A stretch of 53,750 nucleotides of DNA from Candidatus Limnocylindria bacterium (GCA_051000335.1 JBPCOK010000135.1:1-53750), one strand, 5' to 3'; counted from the first letter of the stretch, positions 34,998 through 43,653 are shown. Program-made: numbers and translations. The notes: a model not told the origin generated them from the letters alone.

Positions 34998-35339
34998 ATG
35001 GCGAACATGGCCGGTGTCGTCTTCGTGGTGATCGCGGCCGCCGCAATGAGCCTCGCAATCCTCGGCTGGGCAGCCTGGCGACTGCGCCGCTCCTTCCCCG
35101 TGGGAGTACCCGCGAATGCCTGGCAGCGCGCGCTCTCGATGCTCCTCTGTCCGTCGTCAACCTCATCAATGCGTCGACCTCATGCCGCACCGACCACGCG
35201 GCCAATGCGGGTGCGCGGCCGCGTGACCGTGCTCGCGCCGTTACCGCGGGACGCGAGGAGGCGGAGCCAGCGCGCAACGGCCACGGTGGTTGGCGTTGCG
35301 ACCGAGAGCCGAGCCCCCGCGGTCGCCGGGCCACTCTGA
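34998..35339 (+). CDS. hypothetical protein; only the N-terminal TM helix looks protein-like, so this is doubtful
   Basis: The N-terminus MANMAGVVFVVIAAAAMSLAILGWAAWRLRR is followed by Arg/Pro/Ser-rich sequence. Third-position G/C is lower than in neighbouring genes. There is no RBS. It is the only sizeable ORF in a ~490-bp gap. Confidence 0.25.
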   Translation: MANMAGVVFVVIAAAAMSLAILGWAAWRLRRSFPVGVPANAWQRALSMLLCPSSTSSMRRPHAAPTTRPMRVRGRVTVLAPLPRDARRRSQRATATVVGVATESRAPAVAGPL

Positions 35340-35439
35340 GTGGCATCCGAACCGCTGAGCGGGGGAATTCGCGTCCGGGCCGGCCCCCGGCGGTCGCAAT
35401 GCCATGCCGGTTGGCACGCCAGACCCGAGCCAGGCCCGC

Positions 35440-36690
35440 TCAGTCCGCCGCGCTCCGCAGGGCCGAGGCCAGGTCACGACCGCTCCGCGTCCTCGGCCAG
35501 AGCACCCTTCCGGCGCCCACGAATTCCCGATACGCCCCGATGCCTGCCCCGAGTGCCGCCATGAAGCCAGGCTCCTCGATCGGCTCGAAGTCGTTCTCGA
35601 ACCAGATGCCGATGATTCGCAGCGCCCCGGCCTTGCGGTCCAGCCGGGGCTCGATGCGGCCGACCATGCGGTTGCCGAAGAGGATCGGAAGCACGTAATA
35701 GCCCCAGCGTCGCTTCTTCTCCGGGACGTACACCTCCCACAGGTAGTCGAAGTTCCACAGCTCGCGGAGCAACCGCCGGTCCCACAGGATCGGGTCGAGC
35801 GGCCCCAGGAACGCGACGGCCGGATTCGGCAGGCTCGCGCGATCGGCCGCCGAGTGCAGCAGGGGCAGCTCGTCGGCGATCACGTAGCGGGTTCCCTTCA
35901 GGCCCTCGACCTCGATGGGTGCGAGGATGCCGCGCTCGACGAGGATCGCGGTCCAAGCAATCCGCTCGGTATGCGATCCGGCGCTGTACATCACCTCCGA
36001 CTGGGTCCCGGCAGGCTTCGTCATGCCCGTGGCGCGGTATCGGCTGAGGAGCCGATGGATCATGCCGTCCTCGTCGGATTCGGCTGCGCCGAGAATGGCA
36101 CCGGGAACGATTCGCTCGATCAGGTCGTAGTAGCGCCGATTGCCGTCGCGCCGCGCGATCCCGATGCGTCCGGCAACGAACAGGGCCTCCATCACCGCCC
36201 GGCTGGCCCGGGTTGGCGCCCACCACCAGTCCACGGCGTGGGCGTGGTCTGCGAATGCCGCGGTTGAGAGCGGGCCATCGGCTGCCAGGCGCTCGAGGAC
36301 GGCGCTGGCGACGCTCGCCTGCTCCGCCAGGATTCCAGCCTCGACCGAGGGTCGATTGCGATCCCACGTGACCCGGTAATGGGGGAGCTCGCCGATCGGG
36401 ACGAGGTTCAGACTCTTGTTGTAGAGCTCGATGAGCCGTCGGTGGGGCCCGTACAGCCACCGCTCGCACCAGTCACGCCGATAGCCTCCGATGCGCGCGT
36501 GGAGCACGAGGTCGTGGTTCCGCGCTCCGGGCACCTCCAGCGGGTCGAACTGGAGGGATCCGAGGCGCTCAACGACGGCGAGCACCGAATCCGGGCTGGC
36601 CGGCAGCGCGCGCGGCGGCGCGAGCAGGTGACGTTGGACGAGGAATCGGCGCGCGTGGTCCGCGCTGATGGTGTGAGCGTTGACGGACAT
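35440..36690 (-). CDS. winged-helix DNA glycosylase, AlkZ/YcaQ-like (DUF1006 family)
   Basis: 416 aa. LGSLQFDPL, NHDLVLHARI and the C-terminal WGYYVLPILFGNRMVGRIEPRLDRKAGAL are characteristic of the YcaQ/AlkZ family as I recall it. Confidence 0.75.
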   Translation of the reverse strand: MSVNAHTISADHARRFLVQRHLLAPPRALPASPDSVLAVVERLGSLQFDPLEVPGARNHDLVLHARIGGYRRDWCERWLYGPHRRLIELYNKSLNLVPIGELPHYRVTWDRNRPSVEAGILAEQASVASAVLERLAADGPLSTAAFADHAHAVDWWWAPTRASRAVMEALFVAGRIGIARRDGNRRYYDLIERIVPGAILGAAESDEDGMIHRLLSRYRATGMTKPAGTQSEVMYSAGSHTERIAWTAILVERGILAPIEVEGLKGTRYVIADELPLLHSAADRASLPNPAVAFLGPLDPILWDRRLLRELWNFDYLWEVYVPEKKRRWGYYVLPILFGNRMVGRIEPRLDRKAGALRIIGIWFENDFEPIEEPGFMAALGAGIGAYREFVGAGRVLWPRTRSGRDLASALRSAAD

Positions 36691-36747
36691 CGGCTCCCGA
36701 TGCTAGCCGACCGCCTGCGCCGAGTACGACGAAGGCGGCAGTCCGGG

Positions 36748-36774
36748 CTGGCACTCGCGCTCGGTGAGTGCCAG
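36748..36774 (+). promoter_or_regulatory. CIRCE-like inverted repeat upstream of dnaJ
   Basis: CTGGCACTC-gcgctcggt-GAGTGCCAG is a perfect 9-N9-9 palindrome that keeps the GCACTC/GAGTGC core of CIRCE. It abuts the -10 box. Confidence 0.6.
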
Positions 36775-36775
36775 T

Positions 36776-36784
36776 TGGTATGAT
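36776..36784 (+). promoter_or_regulatory. extended -10 (TGgTATGAT) 10 nt upstream of the dnaJ ATG
   Basis: The sequence is TGGTATGAT-cctgctcgcc-ATG, with no Shine-Dalgarno. Confidence 0.45.
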
Positions 36785-36794
36785 CCTGCTCGCC

Positions 36795-37922
36795 ATGGCC
36801 GTGAAACGTGACTACTACGATGTCCTCGGTGTCGGTCGTGATGCCGACGATGCAGAGATCAAGCGCGCATTCCGTCGCCTCGCCCAGCAGCACCACCCCG
36901 ACGTCGACAAGGGCGACGGCGCCGAGGGTCGCTTCAAGGAGCTCAACGAGGCGTACCGCATCCTGTCGGATCGGCAGCGCCGATCGGCATACGACATGTT
37001 CGGTCATGCCGGAGTCGAGGGGGCGGCGGCGGGCGGCTCCGAGGGCTTCGGTGGCGGATTCGGACCGTTCGGTGACATCTTCGACGCCTTCTTCGGGGGT
37101 GCGCCCGCCGGCGCTCGTCGCCGGACCCGGGTCGTGGCCGGGGCGGACCTGCGCTACGACCTGACGATCGATTTTTCCGAAGCGGTGTTCGGCGTGGCGA
37201 AGGAGATCGCGTTCCCGACGCTCGTGACCTGCGCGCGCTGCGAGGGCGCTGGCGGCGAACCCGGAACCGAACCGGAGACCTGTCCCGAGTGCGGCGGAAG
37301 CGGGGAGAAGCGGCGCGTGGCGCAGACGATCCTGGGCCAGATGGTGAACATCGTGGCCTGCCCACGATGCCGCGGAGAAGGCAGCGTGATCACCACCCTG
37401 TGCGGCATCTGTAACGGCGACGGTCGAACGCGCGAGGAGCGGACGGTCACGGTGAGCATCCCCGCGGGCATCGACCACGGCCAGCGAATCGCGCTCGAGG
37501 GCGAGGGCGAGGCGGGTCCGCGCGGTGGCCCGAACGGCGACCTGTACGTTGCCGTCAGCGTGCGAGAACATCCCGAGCTCGCGCGTCGCGGGACGGAGCT
37601 GTACCACGAGCTGCCGGTCACATTCGCCCAGGCGGCGCTCGGTGCCACGCTGACGGTCCCGACCGTCGAAGGCACGGAAGAGGTCGAGATTCCCCCCGGG
37701 TCGCAGTCCGGCCACGAGGTGCGCCTGCGCGGCAAGGGCGTGCCCCGGCTCCGCGGGGCCGGGCGCGGTGACCAGCACGTGATCGTCCGGCTCGTGGTGC
37801 CGACCAAGCTGGGCAAGCGCGAGCGCGAGCTGCTCACGGAGCTGGCCGAGGTGAGCGGCCCGGCTGTCATCCCGAAGGGCGGCGGATCGCTCCTCGACCG
37901 CCTGCGGGACGTCTTCGGCTGA
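36795..37922 (+). CDS. dnaJ: co-chaperone DnaJ
   Basis: MAVKRDYYDVLGV is present along with the HPD motif, a Gly/Phe region and four CxxCxGxG repeats (CARCEGAG, CPECGGSG, CPRCRGEG, CGICNGDG). Confidence 0.95.
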   Translation: MAVKRDYYDVLGVGRDADDAEIKRAFRRLAQQHHPDVDKGDGAEGRFKELNEAYRILSDRQRRSAYDMFGHAGVEGAAAGGSEGFGGGFGPFGDIFDAFFGGAPAGARRRTRVVAGADLRYDLTIDFSEAVFGVAKEIAFPTLVTCARCEGAGGEPGTEPETCPECGGSGEKRRVAQTILGQMVNIVACPRCRGEGSVITTLCGICNGDGRTREERTVTVSIPAGIDHGQRIALEGEGEAGPRGGPNGDLYVAVSVREHPELARRGTELYHELPVTFAQAALGATLTVPTVEGTEEVEIPPGSQSGHEVRLRGKGVPRLRGAGRGDQHVIVRLVVPTKLGKRERELLTELAEVSGPAVIPKGGGSLLDRLRDVFG

Positions 37923-37930
37923 CGCCGCCG

Positions 37931-38839
37931 ATGCGCTGGCTGGAGCTGAGCATCGACGCCGATGTCGAGGCCGTCGAGGCGGTGTCGGAGATCCTCGGCC
38001 GCGTCGCCGAGGGGACGGCGGTGCATCCGACTCGCCTGCTGCGCGACCCCGACGACGAGTTGTCCGCGCGCGCGGATCCCACCGCGCCGTTCGCGGTCAT
38101 CGCCCACCTGCCCGACGACTCATCGGCAGCCGGCGCCATCGATGCCACCGAGCGCGCGCTGTGGCATCTCCAGGCATTCGGCATCCGGCCCCTCGGCTCG
38201 CTGCGCGTCCGTCCCGTGGACGACGTCACGTGGACCGAGACCTGGAAGGAGCACTACGTCACGCAGCGCATCGGGCGGGTCGCGATCACTCCATCGTGGG
38301 CCCCGGACGAGCCGTCCGATCCGAGCGTGGCCGTGATCGTCCTCGACCCGGGTATGGCGTTCGGCAGCGGTCTGCACCCCACCACGCGCGGCTGCCTCGA
38401 CATGATCCAGGAGATCGACCCGATGCCGTCGAGCGTGCTCGATGTCGGCTGCGGATCGGGCGTGCTGTCGCTCGCCGCGATCAAACTCGGGGCCGGGCGG
38501 GCGGTCGCCATCGACACCGACCCGCTGGCGGTCGAGGCCACGAGGGCCAGCGCGGTCCGTAACGGCATCGGCGGCCTGGTGGAGGTGCGATCGGGGACGC
38601 TTGACGACGGCGACGACCAATACCCGCTCATCCTGGCCAATCTCGTCGCGGCCGTGCTGGTGGAGCTTGCGCCGCGGCTCGGCCGGCATCTCGCGCCGGG
38701 CGGCATCCTCGTCGCGAGCGGAATCATCGAGCCTCGAGCCTTCGAGGTCATCGGCGCGATGGAGGCGGTCGACTTGTCGTGCGTCACGCGCCGCGACGAC
38801 GGCGATTGGGTGACCCTCCGACTGGCGCACGCGGAGTGA
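37931..38839 (+). CDS. prmA: ribosomal protein L11 methyltransferase
   Basis: The SAM motif VLDVGCGSGVLSLAA is present, and ILANL matches the PrmA family. It shows the conserved dnaJ-prmA-rsmE synteny. Confidence 0.9.
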   Translation: MRWLELSIDADVEAVEAVSEILGRVAEGTAVHPTRLLRDPDDELSARADPTAPFAVIAHLPDDSSAAGAIDATERALWHLQAFGIRPLGSLRVRPVDDVTWTETWKEHYVTQRIGRVAITPSWAPDEPSDPSVAVIVLDPGMAFGSGLHPTTRGCLDMIQEIDPMPSSVLDVGCGSGVLSLAAIKLGAGRAVAIDTDPLAVEATRASAVRNGIGGLVEVRSGTLDDGDDQYPLILANLVAAVLVELAPRLGRHLAPGGILVASGIIEPRAFEVIGAMEAVDLSCVTRRDDGDWVTLRLAHAE

Positions 38840-39525
38840 CGACGCATCGCTTCTTCGTCGATTCGTCGGCGATGGAAGGCGACCGGTTTCCGGTGCCCGA
38901 ATCGATCGCACGCCAGGTGCAGACCGTGCTTCGCCTTCGTGACGGCGACCGCCTCGTCCTGCTCCAGGGCGACGGAACCGAGGCCGAATGCCTGCTGACG
39001 AAGGGGAGGTGCGAGGTGATGGACCGGCGCACCCCGGCCACCGAGCCGAAGCATCGGCTCACCGCGGTGCAGGCCCTGCTCAAGGGCGACGGCCTCGATG
39101 AGGTGATCCGGCACGCGACTGAGGTCGGCGTCGCCGGATTCCAGCTCGTGGTGACGGAACGGTGCGTTGCGCGGGAGATCTCGGCGCGTCGGCTCGAACG
39201 CCTGCGCGCGATCGCCCGGGAGTCGGCCGAGCAGAGCGAGCGTGCGATCGTCCCGTGGGTTGCGCCGCCGGTTCCGCTTGAATCGGTCCTCGAGGCGGGA
39301 GCGGTGCTGCTCGCCGAGCGGACGGCGTCGATCCGCCTGGCGCAGGTGCCGCCTCCGTCGGCGATCATCGTCGGGCCGGAAGGTGGCTGGACGCCGCGGG
39401 AGCTCCAGGCCGCCCGGGACACCGACGTGACGCTCGCGAGCCTCGGGGCCCGGATCCTGCGTTCGCGGACGGTCGCCAGCGTCGCCGCCGGGGTGATCTT
39501 GTCGCGGACCGGGGACTTCGCGTAG
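38836..39525 (+). CDS. rsmE: 16S rRNA (uracil1498-N3)-methyltransferase
   Basis: VTTHRFFV is a typical RsmE N-terminus, and IVGPEGGWTPRE and LGARILRSRT match the SPOUT knot. The GTG start overlaps the prmA stop (GTGA). Confidence 0.85.
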   Translation: MTTHRFFVDSSAMEGDRFPVPESIARQVQTVLRLRDGDRLVLLQGDGTEAECLLTKGRCEVMDRRTPATEPKHRLTAVQALLKGDGLDEVIRHATEVGVAGFQLVVTERCVAREISARRLERLRAIARESAEQSERAIVPWVAPPVPLESVLEAGAVLLAERTASIRLAQVPPPSAIIVGPEGGWTPRELQAARDTDVTLASLGARILRSRTVASVAAGVILSRTGDFA

Positions 39526-39528
39526 GCT
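39523..39528 (+). promoter_or_regulatory. -10-like hexamer TAGGCT 8 nt upstream of the HIT gene ATG (leaderless-type)
   Basis: The sequence is TAGGCT-cggctccg-ATG. The hexamer overlaps the rsmE TAG stop. Confidence 0.35.
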
Positions 39529-39536
39529 CGGCTCCG

Positions 39537-39887
39537 ATGACCGAACGAGATCCGAACTGCCTCTTCTGCCGCATCGTCGTGGGTGAGATCCCATCGGATC
39601 GCCTGCTCGAGGACGATCGGGTCGTGGTCTTCCGCGACGTGAATCCGCAGGCACCGACGCACGTGCTTGCCATTCCACGGGCCCACATCCCCTCGCTGGC
39701 CGAGGTGACCGACGATGACGCCGAGACCCTGGGCGCGCTGTTCGGCGCGCTGCGTCGCGTCGCCGAGGATGGGGGACTCCGCGACTATCGGGTGGTGTCG
39801 AATGTCGGTGCCGGCGCGGGCCAGAGCGTCTTCCACCTGCACCTCCACCTCCTGGCTGGACGGCCGATGACCTGGCCGCCGGGGTGA
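39537..39887 (+). CDS. HIT-family (histidine triad) nucleotide-binding protein
   Basis: CLFCRIV is present, and the histidine triad is QSVFHLHLHLL. Confidence 0.9.
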   Translation: MTERDPNCLFCRIVVGEIPSDRLLEDDRVVVFRDVNPQAPTHVLAIPRAHIPSLAEVTDDDAETLGALFGALRRVAEDGGLRDYRVVSNVGAGAGQSVFHLHLHLLAGRPMTWPPG

Positions 39888-39914
39888 CCGGCGATCCCGT
39901 GAGCCAGGCTGAGA

Positions 39915-39943
39915 TTGACCCTCATCGGCCTCGCTGCTACGCT
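39915..39943 (+). promoter_or_regulatory. sigma-70-type promoter for rpsU
   Basis: The sequence is TTGACC-(17 nt)-TACGCT. The leader of about 75 nt contains a GGCGGG/CCCGCC hairpin. Confidence 0.5.
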
Positions 39944-40023
39944 GCGGACCGCTTGCGTGCCCGGCGGGGTCATCCCGCCATGCAACCGGCACGAGTTTTC
40001 GAAGCGGGAAGGAGGCGAGACGT

Positions 40024-40203
40024 TTGGCAGAAGTCCGCGTGGGCGAGAACGAGACGTTCGAGAGCGCGTTGCGTCGATTCAACAAGAAGATCCAGCAGTC
40101 GGGAATCCTGGCTGAGGCGCGACGCCGCGAGCACTACGAGAAGCCCAGCGTGAAGCGAAAGCGCAAGGAAGCCAAGAAGCGAAAGGCTACCTCGCGCGCC
40201 TGA
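40024..40203 (+). CDS. rpsU: ribosomal protein bS21 (59 aa; below the ORF-track cutoff)
   Basis: TTG 40024 lies 8 nt after AGGAGG. Hand translation gives (M)[58 protein letters not shown], a typical S21 sequence (ALRRF, YEKPS, basic tail). Confidence 0.85.
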   Translation: MAEVRVGENETFESALRRFNKKIQQSGILAEARRREHYEKPSVKRKRKEAKKRKATSRA

Positions 40204-40261
40204 TCGCCAGACGCCAGCCTCATACTCTCAATATCCGGCGCAAGGAGGGCCACCGAGACCG

Positions 40262-40732
40262 ATGACGCCGGAGACAGCTGCCGCCGCGACCCTGTTGGCC
40301 CGCATCCAGTCCGCGATGCGCGACGCGATGCGCGCCCGCGACGGGCAGCGCACCCAGACGTTGCGCATGGCGATGGCGGCTGCCCAGAACCTGAGCATCG
40401 CCCATGGCCGCGAGCTGACCGATGACGAGGTCATGGGGGTCCTCACCAAGCAGGTGAAGCAGCGTCGCGAGAGCATCGCGATGTACCGCGAAGCCGGCCG
40501 GGAGGATCGAGCCGCGCTCGAGGAGGCCGAGGCCGCCATCCTCGCCGAGTTCCTCCCACAGCAGCTGACCGAGCCTGAGGTGGAGGCACTCGTCCGAGCG
40601 GCGATCGCCGAGACCGGAGCCGCGTCTCCCTCGGACCTCGGCAAGGTGATGGGCCGGGTCTCGGCGCAGACCCGTGGCCGCGCCGACGGCCGGATGGTGA
40701 GCGACCTCGTTCGCCGCCTGCTGGCCAGCTAG
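40262..40732 (+). CDS. GatB/YqeY domain protein
   Basis: The 156-aa helical protein contains RDAMRARD, LTKQVKQRRESI and DLGKVMGRV, matching YqeY. It shows the usual rpsU-yqeY synteny. Confidence 0.85.
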   Translation: MTPETAAAATLLARIQSAMRDAMRARDGQRTQTLRMAMAAAQNLSIAHGRELTDDEVMGVLTKQVKQRRESIAMYREAGREDRAALEEAEAAILAEFLPQQLTEPEVEALVRAAIAETGAASPSDLGKVMGRVSAQTRGRADGRMVSDLVRRLLAS

Positions 40733-40736
40733 CGCG

Positions 40737-42842
40737 ATGTTCATCCCGCGCACGTTGAGCGATTCGGCGGGCAGCTCGAGCGCCTGGCGCGCCGTCGCGG
40801 TCGCCGCGATCGTTGCCGCCTCCCTCTTCCTCATCCTGTCGGCCAACATCACCCTGGGCCAGGAGGATCTCGCCGCCGGCGAGGTGGCAGAGCGCGACAT
40901 CCGAGCTCCGCGGGACGCAACCTTCGTCTCGGCATCGGAGACCGAGGCCGAGCGGGAGGCGGCGGCCGCCGCTGTCCAGGACGTGACCCAGACCCTCGAG
41001 CCCCCGGCCGACAACCAGGCCGATCAGTTGGGGGAGTTCGACGCGCTGTCGCGACGCGTCGTCCGCATCCTCGAGCTTCGCGACGACGGAACGATCACCG
41101 CGGTCGATGTCAACGACCGGCTGGCCGAGGACGTGCCGGAGATCGCGGTCCGCCACCGCGAGCTCGTGGCCGCCATGTCCCTGCCTCGCTGGGAAGTCGT
41201 GGGCGGGGCGGCGCGCGCGGCGCTCGAGTCGACGCTCGCCGTGTCGGTGCGCGAGGACGAAGTCATCCGCATCCGAAGCTCGGTGCGCGACCTCATCACG
41301 AATGACCTTGCCGAGGACGAGCGCAGCCTTGCCGGCAACCTCGCCGCGTCGCTGGTCGAGCCGAACGTGATCATCAGTGACCAGCTCACCGCCGATGCCC
41401 GGAACCAGGCGCGCGCGTCCGTCGCGCCCGTGGAGGTCGAGGTGGTGGTGGGGGAGATGATCGTGGCCGAGGGCCAGCGCCTGACCGTGGGTGACGTCGA
41501 GCGCCTCGAGGAGCTCGGACTGACCCGGCCGCGCGTCGAGGCGGGGACCGTGGTCGGCAACGCCCTGATCGCGACGCTGATTGCCGCACTGCTCGCCGGC
41601 TTCCTGCTGCGCTTCGAGCCCGAGATCTGGCATCGCAACCGGTCGGTCCTGCTCTTCTTTCTGGCGCTTGTCGTCTCGGCGGTGGCGATCCGCATCGCGG
41701 CCGATCGAACCCTGTGGGCGTTCGCGGTGCCAACGTCGGCGAGCGTCCTGCTCGTGGCCATCCTGCTGCGCAACTCGGTCGGGGCCGCCATGGCCGTCGC
41801 GCTCGGGGTGCTGGCCGGGGTGATGAATCGCGAGGCGCTCGAGCCGGCGGTCTACGTGATGGCGGGAGGCATCGTCGCGCTGCTCACGATCACCCGGGCG
41901 GAGCGGCTGAACGCCTTCGTGCGCGTGTTCGTCGCGCTGGCCGCCACGAATATCGCGGTGGTGATCGCATTCAGCCTGCTCGAGCAACGGGACATCGCGG
42001 CCGTCGTCCAGCTCGGCGCCATCGGCCTCGTCAACGCCTTCCTGTCGGTGATCCTCGCGGTCGGCAGCTTCGCGATGCTCGGCAACATCTTCGGCATCAT
42101 GACCGTGTTCCAGCTCCTGGAGCTCGCCAATCCCTCGAATCGGCTCCTCCGCCGGTTGCTGCTCGAGACGCCGGGCACGTACCACCACAGCGTGATGGTC
42201 GGGAACCTGGCGGAGCGTGCTGCCGAGACGATCGGCGCCGATCCGCTGCTTGCCCGGGTTGCTGCCTACTACCACGACATCGGCAAGATGAAGAATCCGC
42301 TGGCGTTCATCGAGAACCAGGCGGGGGCGCACAACATCCACGACGATCTCAATGCCGAGACGAGCGCCCGGATCATCGCCGGGCACATCCGGGACGGGAT
42401 CGACCTGGGCTACGAGCACGGGCTTCCGGTCCAGGTCATCGGCTACATCCCCCAGCATCACGGGACGAGCGTCATGACCTTCTTTCACCAGAAGGCCCTG
42501 CGCGACGTTGGTGGTCGGGAGGAGCTCGTCAACGAGGGCACGTACCGCTATCCCGGTCCGAAGCCGCAGACGCGCGAGGCCGCGATCATCATGCTGGCGG
42601 ACGGCGTCGAGGCCTCGGTCCGCTCACTCGACACGAAGGACGAGCCGAGCATCCGCGGCATGGTGGATCGGATCGTGGACGCCAGGGTCGAGGACGGTCA
42701 GCTCGACGATGCCGAGCTGACGCTGAAGAACATCCGCCAGATCAAGGATGCATTCGTCGGCCAGCTCCTCGGCATGTACCACTCCCGGATCAAGTACCCG
42801 GACAACGTTCTGCCACTCGGCCAGGCACGCGAAGAGGCCTGA
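40737..42842 (+). CDS. 7TM-HD membrane phosphohydrolase (PgpH/YqfF-like, candidate c-di-AMP phosphodiesterase)
   Basis: It has an N-terminal extracytoplasmic domain, seven hydrophobic helices and an HD/HDIG domain (YHHSVMVGNLAE...AYYHDIGK...QHHGT). Confidence 0.85.
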   Translation: MFIPRTLSDSAGSSSAWRAVAVAAIVAASLFLILSANITLGQEDLAAGEVAERDIRAPRDATFVSASETEAEREAAAAAVQDVTQTLEPPADNQADQLGEFDALSRRVVRILELRDDGTITAVDVNDRLAEDVPEIAVRHRELVAAMSLPRWEVVGGAARAALESTLAVSVREDEVIRIRSSVRDLITNDLAEDERSLAGNLAASLVEPNVIISDQLTADARNQARASVAPVEVEVVVGEMIVAEGQRLTVGDVERLEELGLTRPRVEAGTVVGNALIATLIAALLAGFLLRFEPEIWHRNRSVLLFFLALVVSAVAIRIAADRTLWAFAVPTSASVLLVAILLRNSVGAAMAVALGVLAGVMNREALEPAVYVMAGGIVALLTITRAERLNAFVRVFVALAATNIAVVIAFSLLEQRDIAAVVQLGAIGLVNAFLSVILAVGSFAMLGNIFGIMTVFQLLELANPSNRLLRRLLLETPGTYHHSVMVGNLAERAAETIGADPLLARVAAYYHDIGKMKNPLAFIENQAGAHNIHDDLNAETSARIIAGHIRDGIDLGYEHGLPVQVIGYIPQHHGTSVMTFFHQKALRDVGGREELVNEGTYRYPGPKPQTREAAIIMLADGVEASVRSLDTKDEPSIRGMVDRIVDARVEDGQLDDAELTLKNIRQIKDAFVGQLLGMYHSRIKYPDNVLPLGQAREEA

Positions 42843-42857
42843 CCCGTGAACTCACAC

Positions 42858-42887
42858 TTGAGCCCCGGGGCCCGGTAGGGCTACGAT
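42858..42887 (+). promoter_or_regulatory. promoter for ybeY, with the -10 box 9 nt from the ATG (leaderless-type)
   Basis: The sequence is TTGAGC-(18 nt)-TACGAT-ggccggacc-ATG. Confidence 0.45.
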
Positions 42888-42896
42888 GGCCGGACC

Positions 42897-43484
42897 ATGG
42901 GCTGCTCGGTCACGATTCACGACCGCATCGGACCCGATCGCGTCGCCAACGCGGTCGAGCCGCTGAGCGCGGACATCGCCCTGGCCCTTCTCGAGTCAGC
43001 CGTGTGCGAGACGGTGCGTCTCGGGTTCGGTGCGGATGAGGCCGAGGTCGAGCTCACGCTCTCCGGTGACGCCGAGATGGCGCGCCTGAACTTCGATCAC
43101 ATGGGCGATCGCGGCCCGACCGACGTCCTCTCGTTCCCCTTGCACGAGTGGTCGCTCAACGGGCGCGAGTCGCATCTCACGGATGACGACGGGATCTCGC
43201 CGCCCGGGCCGTTGCTCCTCGGCGACGTGGTCGTCGACGTCGACCAGGCGCTCCGCCAGGCAGCCGAGGGAGACTGGGGCGTGGTCGAGGAGCTGGTGCT
43301 GCTCGTCATCCACGGGACCCTCCATCTCCTCGGCCACGACCACGCCGAGATCGAGGAGGAGGAGCGCATGCGCCGGCTCGAGCGCGACGTGCTCAGCCTC
43401 CTCCACCGTCGACATCGCGAGATCGCCTGGCAGCCCGGATCCCTCTTCGACCGTGCGGGACACGCGGTCTCGTCCAGCAGCTGA
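42897..43484 (+). CDS. ybeY: rRNA maturation endoribonuclease YbeY
   Basis: TDVLSFPL is present, and the zinc motif is HGTLHLLGHDH. Confidence 0.9.
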   Translation: MGCSVTIHDRIGPDRVANAVEPLSADIALALLESAVCETVRLGFGADEAEVELTLSGDAEMARLNFDHMGDRGPTDVLSFPLHEWSLNGRESHLTDDDGISPPGPLLLGDVVVDVDQALRQAAEGDWGVVEELVLLVIHGTLHLLGHDHAEIEEEERMRRLERDVLSLLHRRHREIAWQPGSLFDRAGHAVSSSS

Positions 43485-43493
43485 GCGAAAGTC

Positions 43494-43622
43494 TCAGGCG
43501 CCTGCCGGCGCCGGCTCGGCGTCAGGTGCTGCGATGGGTGTCGCGCTGGTCGCGGCCCCGCCTGGGGCGACGATCCAGGCGATGAGCAGGACCGCGAAGG
43601 CGGCGAGTGCGGCGATGACCAT
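43494..43622 (-). CDS. 42-aa single-TM mini-protein immediately downstream of amt
   Basis: ATG 43622 lies 9 nt after AAGGAG, and the RBS starts 17 nt after the amt TAA. The sequence is MVIAALAAFAVLLIAWIVAPGGAATSATPIAAPDAEPAPAGA. The longer 61-aa track version would overlap amt. Confidence 0.35.
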   Translation of the reverse strand: MVIAALAAFAVLLIAWIVAPGGAATSATPIAAPDAEPAPAGA

Positions 43623-43653
43623 GACGGGTGACTCCTTCTGCTGTTGGGGCTGA

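Noticed and set aside
34888-35346. A 152-aa minus-strand ORF in the xthA/AlkZ gap.
   Set aside because: It is extremely Arg-rich (RRPRGLGSRSQRQ...), which is typical off-frame composition, and has no RBS.
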